A DNA stretch of 60,231 bases, counting the filler, from Sphacelaria rigidula (lineage: Eukaryota), in assembly GCA_964200075.2 (NCBI GenBank). It is 9 parts of 9 records of this genome, joined end to end, with 100 filler letters (N's around TTAATTAATTAA, not from the genome) between each part and the next. Parts side by side here need not be neighbours in the genome. Positions count along the whole stretch, not along the records: positions 33,520 to 40,122 come from CAXNAA020019115.1; positions 40,223 to 46,825 come from CAXNAA020019116.1; positions 46,926 to 53,528 come from CAXNAA020019117.1; 6 more parts are not named here. The stretch is one strand, 5' to 3'. The translations under genes and the position numbers were made by a program. Positions 36,424 to 48,875 of this stretch are shown here, one piece after another (the stretch's first letter is position 1; the number at the start of each line of letters is the position of its first letter). The notes under the pieces were generated by a model. The model had not been told where the DNA came from and made no database searches. It worked only from the letters and a program-made list of their open reading frames with translations.

Positions 36424-39136
36424 TTAGAACTTGACATCGCCCTCAAGGTTGGCCTTCACGTAGAACGCCTTTCCGTCGCCCTTGCGAGCGCGGCGTTCCT
36501 TGAGCACAGCCTTACGGTTGGCCTTTTGAGCCGCCTGGAGCTCAGCCTGAGCCTTGATACGCGCCTCATGGTGAGGGTTGAGGCGAAGCATGACCTCACG
36601 GTTCTTGAGAGGGTTGACCTTACGCGCCACCTTGCGGACCTGCTCCTCGGGCTTGGGGTCGCGTACCACGCTTTGGATCTGCAAATTTCACCGCAGCGGT
36701 AGAGAAAAAAGGTCAAGTAATGTTCGATCTTTAGTGTTGTGGAATTTGGAAAAGCAAGGCGGTCTGTCTCCTGTTCAAAAAAGTCGATCGCGTCAATGTT
36801 GCAACTCACGAGATAGAATGAACTTCCTCTCACTCTCCGCGATTCAAAGGGGCAAGCAATACAGTGACCAATAACCTAAACCTAGCGATTAAGTGAACCC
36901 ATGGCCAGCACACCAGTCGACGCACATGGAAAACTACTTCATCACGAAGGTGGGTCATGTGTGCGTTTTCTCGTTCAAGTGAAGCGATATCGATGTGACA
37001 TATGACGCCCTCGCGTTCCAAGGTAATCAAAGTTCGATACATCAACAACGAACAGTCGTGAAACATACATACCTCATCGGAGTTGATGATACGGTTGAGG
37101 TCGGTGCTGGTCATGCAGTGGCGGGGCAGCTGGAAGCCCGACTTCACCGCCGACTTCTCCGTGTAGGTGCCGTAGATGGAGTCCAACTTGTCGAAAGCCG
37201 CCTGGTGCCAAATACCATCCGAAACATTAGTTGTAACGGAATACAGCCGAAATATTTGGGACGGAGTCATGCCTGTTAGGTCGAGACAGCTGAAAATACC
37301 AAAAGTGCGGAGTTATCATTACATGTGTGCGTGCTTCGACAACAATAAAGATGCCTACAGCACTATCTTCCCATAACACTTCGAACCTCCCCCACCCGGG
37401 ACGAGTCTGCGCTCTCAAGAGATCGACTGATCTCTGTTTGGCACACGCCTTGCATTTTCGATCTAGCGGATTGGGCCAACACTCCCGCATCTACTTCTTG
37501 TCCAATCACGTGCACCTATTTCGACAATGGAATTAAAAAAAATGCGCTTTCCCTACCCAAACTGAGTGTGGCCAACCATCACACCACCAGGGCGTGGCAT
37601 GTCCTTCGCTAGTTCATCCCAGGCAGAGGTCATGACTCATAACTCAGTGGGTCTCGCGCTTTTATCTCACGTACCACTGGGAACATATCCACGAGATCTT
37701 CACCTTTGCCGACAGTTATCAACGGGACCGTGTGCGACTCGGGGTTACCCCTCGAGTCGAACTCGACACCTACCACTTCAAGCAACTGCCACCCAGTCAC
37801 CCAACAAGGTTCGATCGGATCAAATAGATGGATGCTCCCATTTTCTGTCAGCAATACTGGATTCTTCTCCAACCCCACCTGTGTCCAGACGCAGAAACGT
37901 CCCATGTGCCCCCCGGGGGCGAGCGTGAGAAGGTTGAGGCGGTCCACGCACGCCGTCTCCACACCCGGAAGATTGCGGAAAGCGCGGTGGAGACCCTGTT
38001 TTTTTCATGGCATGAAGAGAACGTCGATGAGATTGCGCGTCCAGCGCATGAAGAAAATAAGTATTTTCTGGCTGAACTGAAGTTTCGGAGGCTATAAGAA
38101 GTGGGCTGCCTCTTCGTCAGGGATGATGTGAGCGGTGAGCACAAAACGCCAGAGTTCCGTATCTCGAAACACCAAAATCCAGCTTGTACGATGGAGAAAA
38201 AAACGATGTACATCCTCAGTTACATTAGTTAGAACTCACCTCGGACTTGTCGTAGATGACGAGAGGACCGCGGCGCATCACGTAGCGGCGGTTCCTCATC
38301 TTCCCCTTACCGGCACGGATCTTCTTGGAGTCCTTCACCTATTGAGACGGCAGCCGCAGCGAAGGACATACTGTTATGTTGCTTTGGGAATCGGCAGAGC
38401 GCAATTTTTGTGCGCAGTCTCTCCTGAGAGTGAACCTGATCGACTATCATACCAGATGCAGATTCGACGCTCGTGGATGTTGACGTATCCCATCTTAAGC
38501 AGTTATCCAACACCTTACTGGAAGCACGCAACGAGAACAAAAATTGCGACTGTCCGAGTGACCGACATATGCAGCAACCCAAAACACACCGATCAACAGA
38601 GGTAGTGTGCCCAATCCAAACAGCTGATGACATGTCCACTATTCCTCCGCGTTATTCGGTTCATTAGCCTGGTCGTGCATTTTTGGTCGTTAAGGCCCTC
38701 ATTCACCCCCTCAGCAGCAGCAGTTTGTCCAGAATATGAATTGGAATGCTATATACAAGCTACAGACTGGGGCTCATTCAAGCCCTCACTACTGTCTTTT
38801 CATAGCAAGGAACACTGTGTCCGCGATGTGAAAGACATGAATCTTCGACCGACGCTTGTGCTGATTCAACCTTCGGACAGGGTTATATAACGAAGTACAC
38901 ATTTACGTACATCTACACACACCTTTTCAATCTCGGCGGAGGCGCCGAGAGCTTTGAGGGTGGCCAGCGCCGAGGCAGTCTTGGTGCATGACTCAAGAGA
39001 GTTGTCCACCACAAGGGGGAACTCAGGTACCTCTTCCACGCGGTGACCGCGAGCCATGACGAGGGATGGTACGGCGGTGGCTGCCAGAGCTGAGGCCACA
39101 GCGTAACGCTTCTGGTTCACGTTGACATGGCGGTGC
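36424..39136 (-). CDS. RPL4: 60S ribosomal protein L4 (uL4), 3' five exons
   Basis: Exons 39136-38923, 38338-38240, 37995-37879, 37201-37073 and 36678-36424 splice in frame: [43 protein letters not shown]...[21 protein letters not shown]...[34 protein letters not shown]...[16 protein letters not shown]...[14 protein letters not shown]. The 5' exons were not found on this contig. Confidence 0.97.
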
Positions 39137-40307
39137 CTGAAGTAATGCGGTATCAACAGTTATGGGTAGGAATGGGGGCTTCTAAGACCAAAAATCGGCA
39201 CTAGATTCAAAATAAGAAACAGCGCGGAGGAATAATGAGCACATCAGTAGGTGGTCGGACCTGTGCCGAGGCCGTCACGAACAGAACACACGCCCCATCA
39301 CTTATTCAGTTGGTTTAGTATGGGGAAGCTGTAGCACTGGAGATCGCGCGGTTTTCGACACGGGAAGCAAGCCGGTCCACGGCACTTGACAGCCCCCCCA
39401 TACACACAAGATCTAGGGGCCCACAATTGGTATTTTGCTAGCGTCGCGTCAGCGGCACGAAAATCCCCCTCCCAGAGCAGAAAACCCCCCGTTACAGTAT
39501 ATTTAGGTCACTTGCGAGTCAGCATCACGCGCAAACGCGAAAACCAAACGTGGCGACATGGGTTGAGTGTGTGGGAAGCGCACGCAAGAAACCGCAGTCC
39601 AATCACCCGCTTCGTTGTTGTAAGCGTTGCGCGATCGGCACTTCCGGATCGAGGATCAGTAGCGTCTTTCTAGGTCGAAGAAGCAATTTCAGAAAATTCG
39701 GTGCGCATTCTACTTTTCCTCCTGCAAGCAAGTTGTAACAACATGCACTTGGGTTGCGTGCCCCTAAGCGCCGCTTTGTTCTGTGCGGCTGTGCACATGG
39801 GACAAATTCGCCTCTTAACGGTGAGTATCCTTTGAAGTATAGAATTTCAGAGGGAGGGTTGACAGAAGGACAAAGCTGGCGGCTGCTTCATGTCAGGGCT
39901 CCAGTGCAGAAGCCAAGGCGTCGAGAGTGATTTTAGTACGAGTATGTGCGTTACATCTGCTGGTGAACGCGGTCATGTATTTAGTAACTGTCAGTATATA
40001 CTGTTGTAATTATTGGTACCAGAATGAGATGGCAAACTATGCAACGTTTAACGGTTACGACAAATCATCAAATTCACGATTTCTTCGGCCTGGTTGCCCG
40101 AAAGGGAGAAAAAAGTTGATCGNNNNNNNNNNNNNNNNNNNNNNNNNNNNNNNNNNNNNNNNNNNNTTAATTAATTAANNNNNNNNNNNNNNNNNNNNNN
40201 NNNNNNNNNNNNNNNNNNNNNNCCCCCCCACTGGACCCTACATTCTACATCAACCAAGATAGAACATACGTTTCGTCGCAACCGTCACGCACATCACCCA
40301 TACCTAC

Positions 40308-40342
40308 CTGTACAAAAAAATGGCTGCGTGAGGCGTCGACAT
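40308..40342 (-). CDS. Probable first exon of an LYR-motif (mitochondrial Complex1_LYR-type) protein
   Basis: caagATG context, then MSTPHAAIFLY-AG followed by donor GTAGGT. The split codon would give LYR if completed as Arg. The rest is off-contig. Confidence 0.4.
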
Positions 40343-40724
40343 CTTGTTAGATAGCGAAAAAAAACGCAGAGACAGACAGTCTCACGCACAGCCCCACTAG
40401 ATTTCCGCACGGGCTGGCTCGGAGGAAAAAACCTCTGAAGAACAAGAAACATCTTTTGGAAGATCCCCCCCACATACATCCCTGCAGGTGCCGGCTGGTG
40501 CGAGGCGGAGATTTTATCCTGCTTTGTTACATTTTGCACCTCTTCGGATTGTAAACAAGCAGGCCCGCAGTACCCGTAGCTGGGACCGTACTACTAGTCT
40601 CTTGAGGGCACGGGGGGTTAGCCTAGATCAGCCGAGGGCCGATAATCCCCGACCAATCTCCTATGAAAGTATGCGCTTCTGGGGGACCGATGCAAGGGGA
40701 AAGGGACTGGATGGTGCAGGAGCG

Positions 40725-41832
40725 ATGAAACCTACAAACACCTGTTGGCTATGCTTGTTGCTGTTGAATGGACTGGTCCTGCTTCTTCAGGTGGTTTGTG
40801 TTTGCGGTCAAACTGAAACACCGGAGTGGCAAGTTCGAGCAGCTGCACTGCAAAGATATCTCGGGTGAGAAGAGTGTCACGGTTACACCACATAAGAGCG
40901 TTATTAAGTGGCCCGGCTCACTTTGCGTCGGTAAGCTTTCAGTTTGTGTTCTGTACAATGAATTTGGGTTGTTGAGGAGAGTCGAGGGGCGCATCGTTCT
41001 CTTCTTCAAAATCGCGTTGGTGCAACGGGCTTGCTGCTGGATAACCTCGGTATAACAAGTCATGAAACAAGTATAGTAGTCCCAGCAGCACAGAATATTA
41101 CGGACAATACAGTTACAGACGACTGTCTGTACCATTCAACAGGCAGTTCCATGATGTGCACATGTAGTAAATCAGTCTTACAAGCGATAGGTTACTGGAA
41201 ACTGTACAGTCAGCGCAATACAACAGTGGTACCCCCACGAGGCGTCACGCCAATCAGCGTATTTCTTGACCATATGGGAACCTTATTGCGCACCCCGGTT
41301 AGTGCTGTATTTTTGCATGCGTGTGATTTCACCCGTCATTGCAAGGTCACCATGACCGTTACCCACTTCTCATGGCCAAAACAAATCCATGCCGTTCGGT
41401 GTGTTCAGGCGAAGCATCCACCCGACTACCCGCCAGCTCAGCTTGATGTCGCTTGCGCTTTCCTGCTCTCACCAGCTGCAATAGAAAACAAATCTTTGTT
41501 TCACGTTCGCATGTAGCGTTTCCTCTCGCGGGGAAACAACCAGCCAGCCTGAGATAAGCAGATACTGTTTGTGGATGTATATGTTACTGCGGGAATGTTC
41601 TCTCTGATGCATGCCCGACAACAGGTATGATGTGCCTTTGGACAAGTTGACACTAACGGCCACGCACAACAGCTTCAGTTCGGATAGGAGCCGGCTTACG
41701 CACAGCAACTTCGAGGTGAAATAAAGTGAAAGTACTGTATTTATTTTATTGCCTGTTCAGCCTGTGCACGCGAAGATGGACCATCTATGAGCAAGTAGTT
41801 TCCTCCGCCGAATGTTCCGCGCGCAACCTGCT
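40725..41832 (+). CDS. Possible secreted protein, first two exons (40725-40864, 41761-41832)
   Basis: Signal-peptide-like MKPTNTCWLCLLLLNGLVLLLQVVCVCG, then a phase-compatible exon LCTRRWTIYEQVVSSAECSARNL. The first donor (GTGAAG) is weak, and no family was recognised. Confidence 0.3.
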
Positions 41833-43149
41833 GTATGTTACCGTTTCGATGTGTGAGCTGGCATCCTGCATATCGTGGGATGCCCTACACGACGAGCATA
41901 GCGGGTGTTTCGGGGGCGCGCGGTACGATAGCTATGGCCATGTAGGGCCGTGACGTGAATGCATTCAGTGGCACACGGACGCTGAAGAACAACAGTACAT
42001 CGCACTAAGATGGTATTCTGCATTCGGTGTGCCCTCCTGTTTCGATCAGCTATTTCCCATCTTTTTCGTCCGGCTCCAAGTTCGAACTGTAAGATTCCAC
42101 AACTTCTGCTCGAATTCTGTGGACCAATTGCCGGCCAGCAGGCGAGTCTCCGGTCCATTTTTCTCCACAGTCGGCGAGTATTACAGTACACTAGCTGAAA
42201 TGCGTTTGTTCTTGGTCCTTGCATCTCTCTCCTCCGTGATCTCGTGGGCGTGACGTGTAGCGTGTTCCTAGGGATCACCCGGAGATATTTCTGACTATAA
42301 GTAGAGGGCTATATATCAGCCGATCACCTTTATTACACAGTGGCACGGGCTTCCGTCGCGGATGGATTCTATGTTATCGATCCAGGCGGAGAAGACGCGT
42401 AAAGCTACGGAACTATAGGTTGTGAAACTGTACGGTACTGTACATGCAACAGCTGTACGGTTTGCATTATGGACGCTGTTATCTGTAGTTATGGCGTATG
42501 AATACCAACTATCTATGCTGATGAAGTTACTGTATTGGAAAACTCCATGTATGGGGAAGTCGTCGTGTTCATTCACAGAGTGTGTCTGTCAACGGCGCAA
42601 AGCGGCGCAGTATGGTAAAATGCATCTAGGGATTCGTTCGAGGCATGTGGGACTGTCAGCCCCCTAAAGATCCGAGCTTGGCAGTTTTCAGTGAAACCAG
42701 TTGGTACTATCGTATTACTGTATTACTCCTATCGCATCAGGATATTCTTGCACGGTGTTGTGGCGTCAAAATGCCCGTGCGTACGATGTTTCTGGGAGGG
42801 ATACCATCTCTTAATCTTTCTCCTCAAAACAAGCCTGAAACTCTCGGGTAAGGGGATACGTGCAGCGTACTAAGTAAAATGTGCCTTGGCAGAGCTCAAG
42901 TCGGCGCCTGGCAACGCTGATTTGAGCTGAAACGCATGCTCTGCGCTGAGCACGCTGGGCGAGCATTTGGGATTCTGAACCCTAAGAAGATCCAACAGTG
43001 ACGGTATATACTGAAAATGAAGCACCATCCATTTCTTCTCAGTTGGGTCGCACCGTACGAGTAGAGTTTATGCGAACTGACCGGGAAATTTATGCTTGGA
43101 CAAATACTTGTACCGGCCCTCGAAAAGCATAATTTCAAAGTAGTTCAAG

Positions 43150-43350
43150 TGTTAAGGCATGTCTTAGCACATTTTTTTCGATCGAGAATGTGCGGTGGAA
43201 AAGGAACATTCCGATCTGATAGGTCGTAATTTCAACCGTCATCGTAAATATTGAAAATGGTTGAAACCATGACCTATCAAATCAGGATTTTTGCTTTCCA
43301 CCGCACTTTTTCGATCGAAAAAAAAATGTGCCAAGACACGCCCTTAGAAC
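43150..43350. repeat. About 200-bp imperfect palindrome (foldback/MITE-like)
   Basis: GCACATTTTTTTCGATCGA..GTGCGGTGGAAA..TGATAGGTCG..TTCAACC is mirrored by GGTTGAA..TGACCTATCA..TTTCCACCGCAC..TCGATCGAAAAAAAAATGTGC. Confidence 0.8.
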
Positions 43351-43559
43351 CTGAAATTCGAGATCATAAGAGATGAGTCGTCGACTGTTCGAAAGGTCAT
43401 GATCGGGGGCGTTTTCATTATTTTCATCATTTCAGAAATGGAAGTGGCGGGAGTATTTGGATGTTAGCGAATCTTTGCTTCCTCTCTCTGAGGGCTAAAT
43501 ATACGGGTAAAGATTTCGGGAGAGGTGAACCCCAAGATCGGAAAATATATACTTCGAAG

Positions 43560-44065
43560 TATATACTTTTGATGGGGGGGGGGACACCCAAGCTGCCGCC
43601 CCCTAGTTTATTGCCGAGGCGTTGGCGGATGATGGCAGCTGCCGTGTACAGAGATCCTTGGCATGGAGACCGCCGAGATGACCGACACGCCGCCCTCCCC
43701 AAGCTCATCACTTACCATGATTACATGTATGGGATCATATTCTGTGTAGTGTGCCTCGAGTACCCACCAGTAGTCCGGGCAAGTTTGACAAACGTGAGAT
43801 ATTGTTGCTACTCCGGCTACAGGCTGTCACTACTGTGCACTCATGTACATATATGTGTGTGAGCGCGGCCGACATCTGAGGTCGTGGGGACAAAGCGGGC
43901 GAGGAGCACAAGCAAATACGCGAACCCCGCAAAGCCCACCAGAATTTTCTGTTTTTGTCAGTGTTTATTGATCAATTCCTTGCAGCAATATTCCACAACA
44001 GCAAAAAACGATTTTCGAAAAATGCCTCCGCGAGGGCAGGGGGGACCCCGTATCCGAAAATCTTC
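43560..44065 (+). repeat. Long non-coding interspersed repeat (colinear with about 54815-55390)
   Basis: Shared CCCAAGCTCATCAC.TACCATGATTACAT and CCACCAGTAGTCCGGGCAAGTTTG. Confidence 0.75.
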
Positions 44066-44660
44066 TCCCCGTAGCCCCCTGCCTCTCTTCAGAATTTCAG
44101 CTGTCAGGTCCAAAGAAGGATACCGGTAAACACGTCGTCCACACGAGATGGGCCGGCCAAGGCGAGGGTTGATGACCAAATGGTCGGGAACAATGTTTAG
44201 TATAAAGATGTGGTTCCGCCAACCCTGACGCTAACCCTAACCCCGACCCCGACCGAGGCGTGAGGCCGTGTCTTATTTAGGCTTTTAGTTACTATGCTAG
44301 CACGGTTTTACACAATAGCGACCCAACATTACTTTCAAGATGTACGAATTCTTCAAAAACGGTGCTAACATAATAAGTAAAAGCCCAGTCTCATTGAAAA
44401 AAAAAACGAATCGAATTGGTCGTAATTTGTTGCTCGTTTTTGATGCGTCCACGGCATTTCTGTTCTCAGATAGCTGCAAGACCATTTAATAATGATTTGC
44501 GCGCGACAGATAGGGTCAAGAACAGTAAAACTTTGCTTTTTCGAGCGAAACGAGCGGCGGAAACGAACGAAGGGACACATGACTTCAACGTTGCAGTCAA
44601 CCATGCCACCACATACCACTCTTTCAAAGAATTGTGCAAACCCTGATAAGGCGGACTACA

Positions 44661-45022
44661 AGCCGGTTGCCCCGGTGGCTCAGTTGGTGACCTCGAAACC
44701 TCCTGATGGTTGGGTCGTGGGTTCAATTCTCGGAGCGATCTTGGATTTTCTCTCACACCATGCCCAACAGTAGAGAGCGACTATGTCGTGGGTACACAAA
44801 ATTCGACCTAACGGTCGACGAGGGAAAGGGAGGGCTGAATCCCTCTCGCGATAAGAAATAAAGGCAAGCACCGTAGAAGGAAGGTGGGGAACTAAAACAA
44901 AGAAGAACATCTGTCTTGACCTTCCTCCTGTGTGACGCTGGCTGGTGTGCCCACATATACCGAAAGTTGTAGACCGGCGTCTAGAATAGATGGGACGACA
45001 ACACACACAACACACACAAACG
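44661..45022 (+). mobile_element. tRNA-derived SINE copy
   Basis: GCCCCGGTGGCTCAGTTGG (A box)...GGTTCAATTCT (B box), shared body, ACACACACAACACACACAA tail. Confidence 0.82.
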
Positions 45023-46755
45023 CCACCAACATGGTTCATTCGAAGCTACCAACTCAACCCTGCAGTATGCATAGATCACGAGCAGAGCACAGGGATACAT
45101 ACACTGTGATGATGGAAACCGACACCACCGCCCCCTTGACATGATGTGTATGTATTTTTTTTTTTCGTCTACGAAAACTCAGGCGTCTAATTTTTTTGTG
45201 GTAGATTCTGCCGACGGAGTTGCGTGTCGGGGTCGGCGACAGAAATGCGAACACCCTCATGGGCAGTAGAAGCAGTACAAAACCGCATGCGAATCAAATC
45301 TTCTTCACATCGTCCTGTACTCCAGAGAGTACAGACAGCTCTGCTGTCTGTATGTCACGTTTCCCGCTTATTTTCCACATTGCGCTTGCATGCTGTACGA
45401 GACATGCATACTGTTGTGCATACAGTACAGGCAGCATTGTACTGTACTGTTTGTACCGTCTGTATTGAATACAAGTGAACAAGTACCGCTTCACGATTTT
45501 CGCTTCCAGCTTTTTCGATCCTAAGCGTACAAATTCGCGCGGACCCGAACACAGCAAGGCGAACTGAATCAATTCCGCCGCGCGAACTCGTTGGAGTGGA
45601 ATTTTTTTTCAAGACACGGCCCAAGAGAACCCTCGGACACGGGGTGTGTAGAGGATGTCCCACGAGTAATCGTAGGCGAAGTGTGCGTTTGAAGACCTCA
45701 AACCGGCGCTTGCGGGAAGTGTGTCGACCGGTTAGGGCCATGCGCGTCGAATATTTCAAATTATCGGGCTGAAATTTCAACAGATGAGAAACGAGACATG
45801 GACCTACCCAAGGGGCCGACAGATCGGAATACATGATCGAGGACCCCCACCCACCCACCCCCAGCGGCGGTCGAGAATGAGGAACATCGAAAAATAGTCT
45901 CCAAAAACCTTATTCTTCCAATTTCTTCGCCAGAAAAAATATTGAACGATACCTTCGTCACCACGATGCTGGCCTATGCCCGAGCAGCCCGAAACCGATG
46001 AGTTTAGGCAAATCAGATGTTGAACAGCCGCAGGGAAGGGAACTTCGCGGTTGGATGATGACCTTCAGTCAAAATGACCGCTGGATGATGACTTTAGGTT
46101 AGGTGTTGTAGTACCGAGGCGACAATGCGGGAGAAGGCCACGTCCTCAACACGTGAACCCGATGACGTTCTGTTTGTCTACCAAAGAAAGTGTGCTACGA
46201 GTTTGTCGTGTTGTTGAGTGGCATCAAATGTATACACTACTACTGTGACATGACTGTAGAATATCAACCGGTGTAAAAATGTTCTGACGATACCTCCATG
46301 GTATTAACCAAGTGAAGATTATTCAAAGATGATCACCTGGTGCCCGCGTAGGCAGTGCCCGCGTTCGGACAGCAGTGTCGAAGGGCAAAAAAAAAACTCT
46401 TAGGGTCGGCATATTGCACAGCGACACAGGTATTGTAGAGGGGACAATCGAGGATCTCGTGAAGATGATGTTGCTAAAGAAAGTAGTGGACAAGACACAG
46501 TTCTATATTTTCTATTTATGGTTTCATTGCCACTTCCTTCATCTGCGGACGTGTTGTTTTCGACTTGCGTCGACGTTGATCAACCAAGGCTCGACGTACC
46601 CCTACCACCTGCCGTGCAGCCGTACCATACACAACTCGTACACGAGCCTCGCACGAGCCGGAAAAGCCGTTCGTGCACGTACTGCACAGTACAGTACCTA
46701 CTATCGCCACTATCTATCTGATCAGGAGGGTACCCATCCCTCAAACAAGGGTACC

Positions 46756-46825
<70 letters not shown>

Positions 46826-46925
46826 NNNNNNNNNNNNNNNNNNNNNNNNNNNNNNNNNNNNNNNNNNNNTTAATTAATTAANNNNNNNNNNNNNNNNNNN
46901 NNNNNNNNNNNNNNNNNNNNNNNNN

Positions 46926-47021
46926 GCATGGTGTGAGAAAAAATCCTAGATCACTCCGACATTTGAACCCACGATCCAACCGTCAGAAGATTTCGACGTT
47001 ACCAACTGAGCCACCGGGGCG
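46926..47021 (-). mobile_element. tRNA-derived SINE head, cut by the contig end
   Basis: Matches the head of the other SINE copies. Confidence 0.75.
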
Positions 47022-48875
47022 GATGAAAGGTGGTAAACACTGTCCAAACAGCGGTACCCACAGCTGGATCCGAAAGCCCACGGCCTACTTGAAAAACCAT
47101 ACACGCTTAGGTGCAATACCTGGTACACAGGCGCTCTGCCTATCCCGAATATACGCCCCCGTGGCCCTACACAACTACAACAAGCGCACGACGGGCACGA
47201 TACGAAACACAAGTCGACATGTGTCAACATAAATAAAGGGGCGCAAGATTTTGGGTACGCTGGACTCGTACACTGCGTTTGTGTCATAGGTCATAGAGCC
47301 ATATATTATTATATCCTAGATGCGGCGCAACCTGACCTGCCGTTACAAAAGTCATTGTGTGCTTGCGCCTGCAGACGTATAGTGTCCAGTGTCCAGGGTA
47401 ATCAAGAATAGGCGGCCATCGACGCGAAATAATGATAGGATGCATCACCTTGCTCGGTAAGTGGTTGTTATTTACGAAACATCCAGGCATGAACTTGCAG
47501 GTAAATGTCTAGTAATAACTCGAGCTTCATGCGCCACACCCCAGCACCCACCGCACATGTAGGAGACGTACCCTATAATAACTGTACCTGTACAAAACAG
47601 CAGTTGTAGAAGGTGACGAAGTTTAACACCCCCGCATAATAGTGCTTTCTCTTTGAACTCTGTCGAAAACTGTGGCAGTCACGCTGCACAACCACGTCAA
47701 AAAATGTGAATTTTATCAGGTGTTCATGATAATACTTCTCTGGAAAATCAAGGTTGCACAGCTCACAACAGCCCCCCTCCCCAGGGGGGGGGTGTTATAT
47801 CCCGTCGCCTGCGGTAATCTATTTGCTACTGACGGTTCATGTTTCACGTTCATCATGACGAGCAGCAACAGCTCAAACTCTCGGTCCGGTTACGTCTATG
47901 ATCATTCCTGCTTTCTTCTCCCATATTGTCACATGCAGGTTTATTTGCCACGATGCCAGCGGCACGTGGATTTCTCGTGCCCTCCGTGGCTAGGATACCA
48001 GCTGTAAACTCGCAGCCAGGTGTACGTGTTGGCCATGGAGCATCATGTGAGGCCATACGACGTGCAGCAATCAGCGTCAATCCAATCAGCTGATGAGTGT
48101 TTTGTACTTTTTTTGAGGCACCATAGGATGTGGCAATTGCTGCTTGCGGCAGTGTATTTGGTGTACTGTACTGTCTGTACGGTCAAATGTGCACCTCCCA
48201 CGGAGTCGTGGAAGGGTCATCTTCAGAACAGTAATTGATTGATTTACACCGAGCATATTCCTTTCATGTGTGTCTTTCGTTGCGAGAAATCAGGGTGCTG
48301 CCCTCTAGCGGTCACGAGAAACGCGGCGAACCCGCATATGCAGAGAGCTAATGAGCAGAAAATGCTAACAATATCAGCGTAGGCTTGGCCTACTGCTCCT
48401 GCACTTGTCAGTAAGATGCGGAGTATGTCACCAGGGGGAGTGACGGGCAAAGAAACCCAAACTAATTTTTCACGTGCATCGCAGCGACTGCTCCCCCCGA
48501 AGTTGCGCCGTCGGAGGGTGCGGTTTGAAATGTTTGAGTAGGCAGGGTCTTTACGCCATGCGGGCCATTCGTTCCAGAGAAAATCAACGTCGAGTTATTT
48601 TGTCGTCCGGGATAATGAACCCCGTATACCACCTATGGTGCATCATAGCGTGACCTCGTCCGTCGTCACATGACTACTGTGTGATATAATACAGCTTGTT
48701 CCGCCGATAAATTAGGTGTTCACTCGTACTTGTGATCCTGGCACCTGCAAGGCATAGATGTCCGGGTACGGTCCGTGATAATTCTGGTTAGATGGATACC
48801 GGTGTCGTTGATCCATCGTCGATCCATGGGCACTGAAAAAATTCTCATTCGGTGTGTTTGACTGATCGCACACAG

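Noticed and set aside
36938..36945. Box C (GTGATGA) of a C/D snoRNA in the last RPL4 intron
   Set aside because: No CTGA box D downstream at a suitable distance.
44221..44255. Telomeric repeat
   Set aside because: Only about two CCCTAA-like units in a degenerate run.
46375..46881. 168-aa proline-rich ORF
   Set aside because: The poly-Pro comes from a poly-C run at the contig end, possibly a sequencing artefact.
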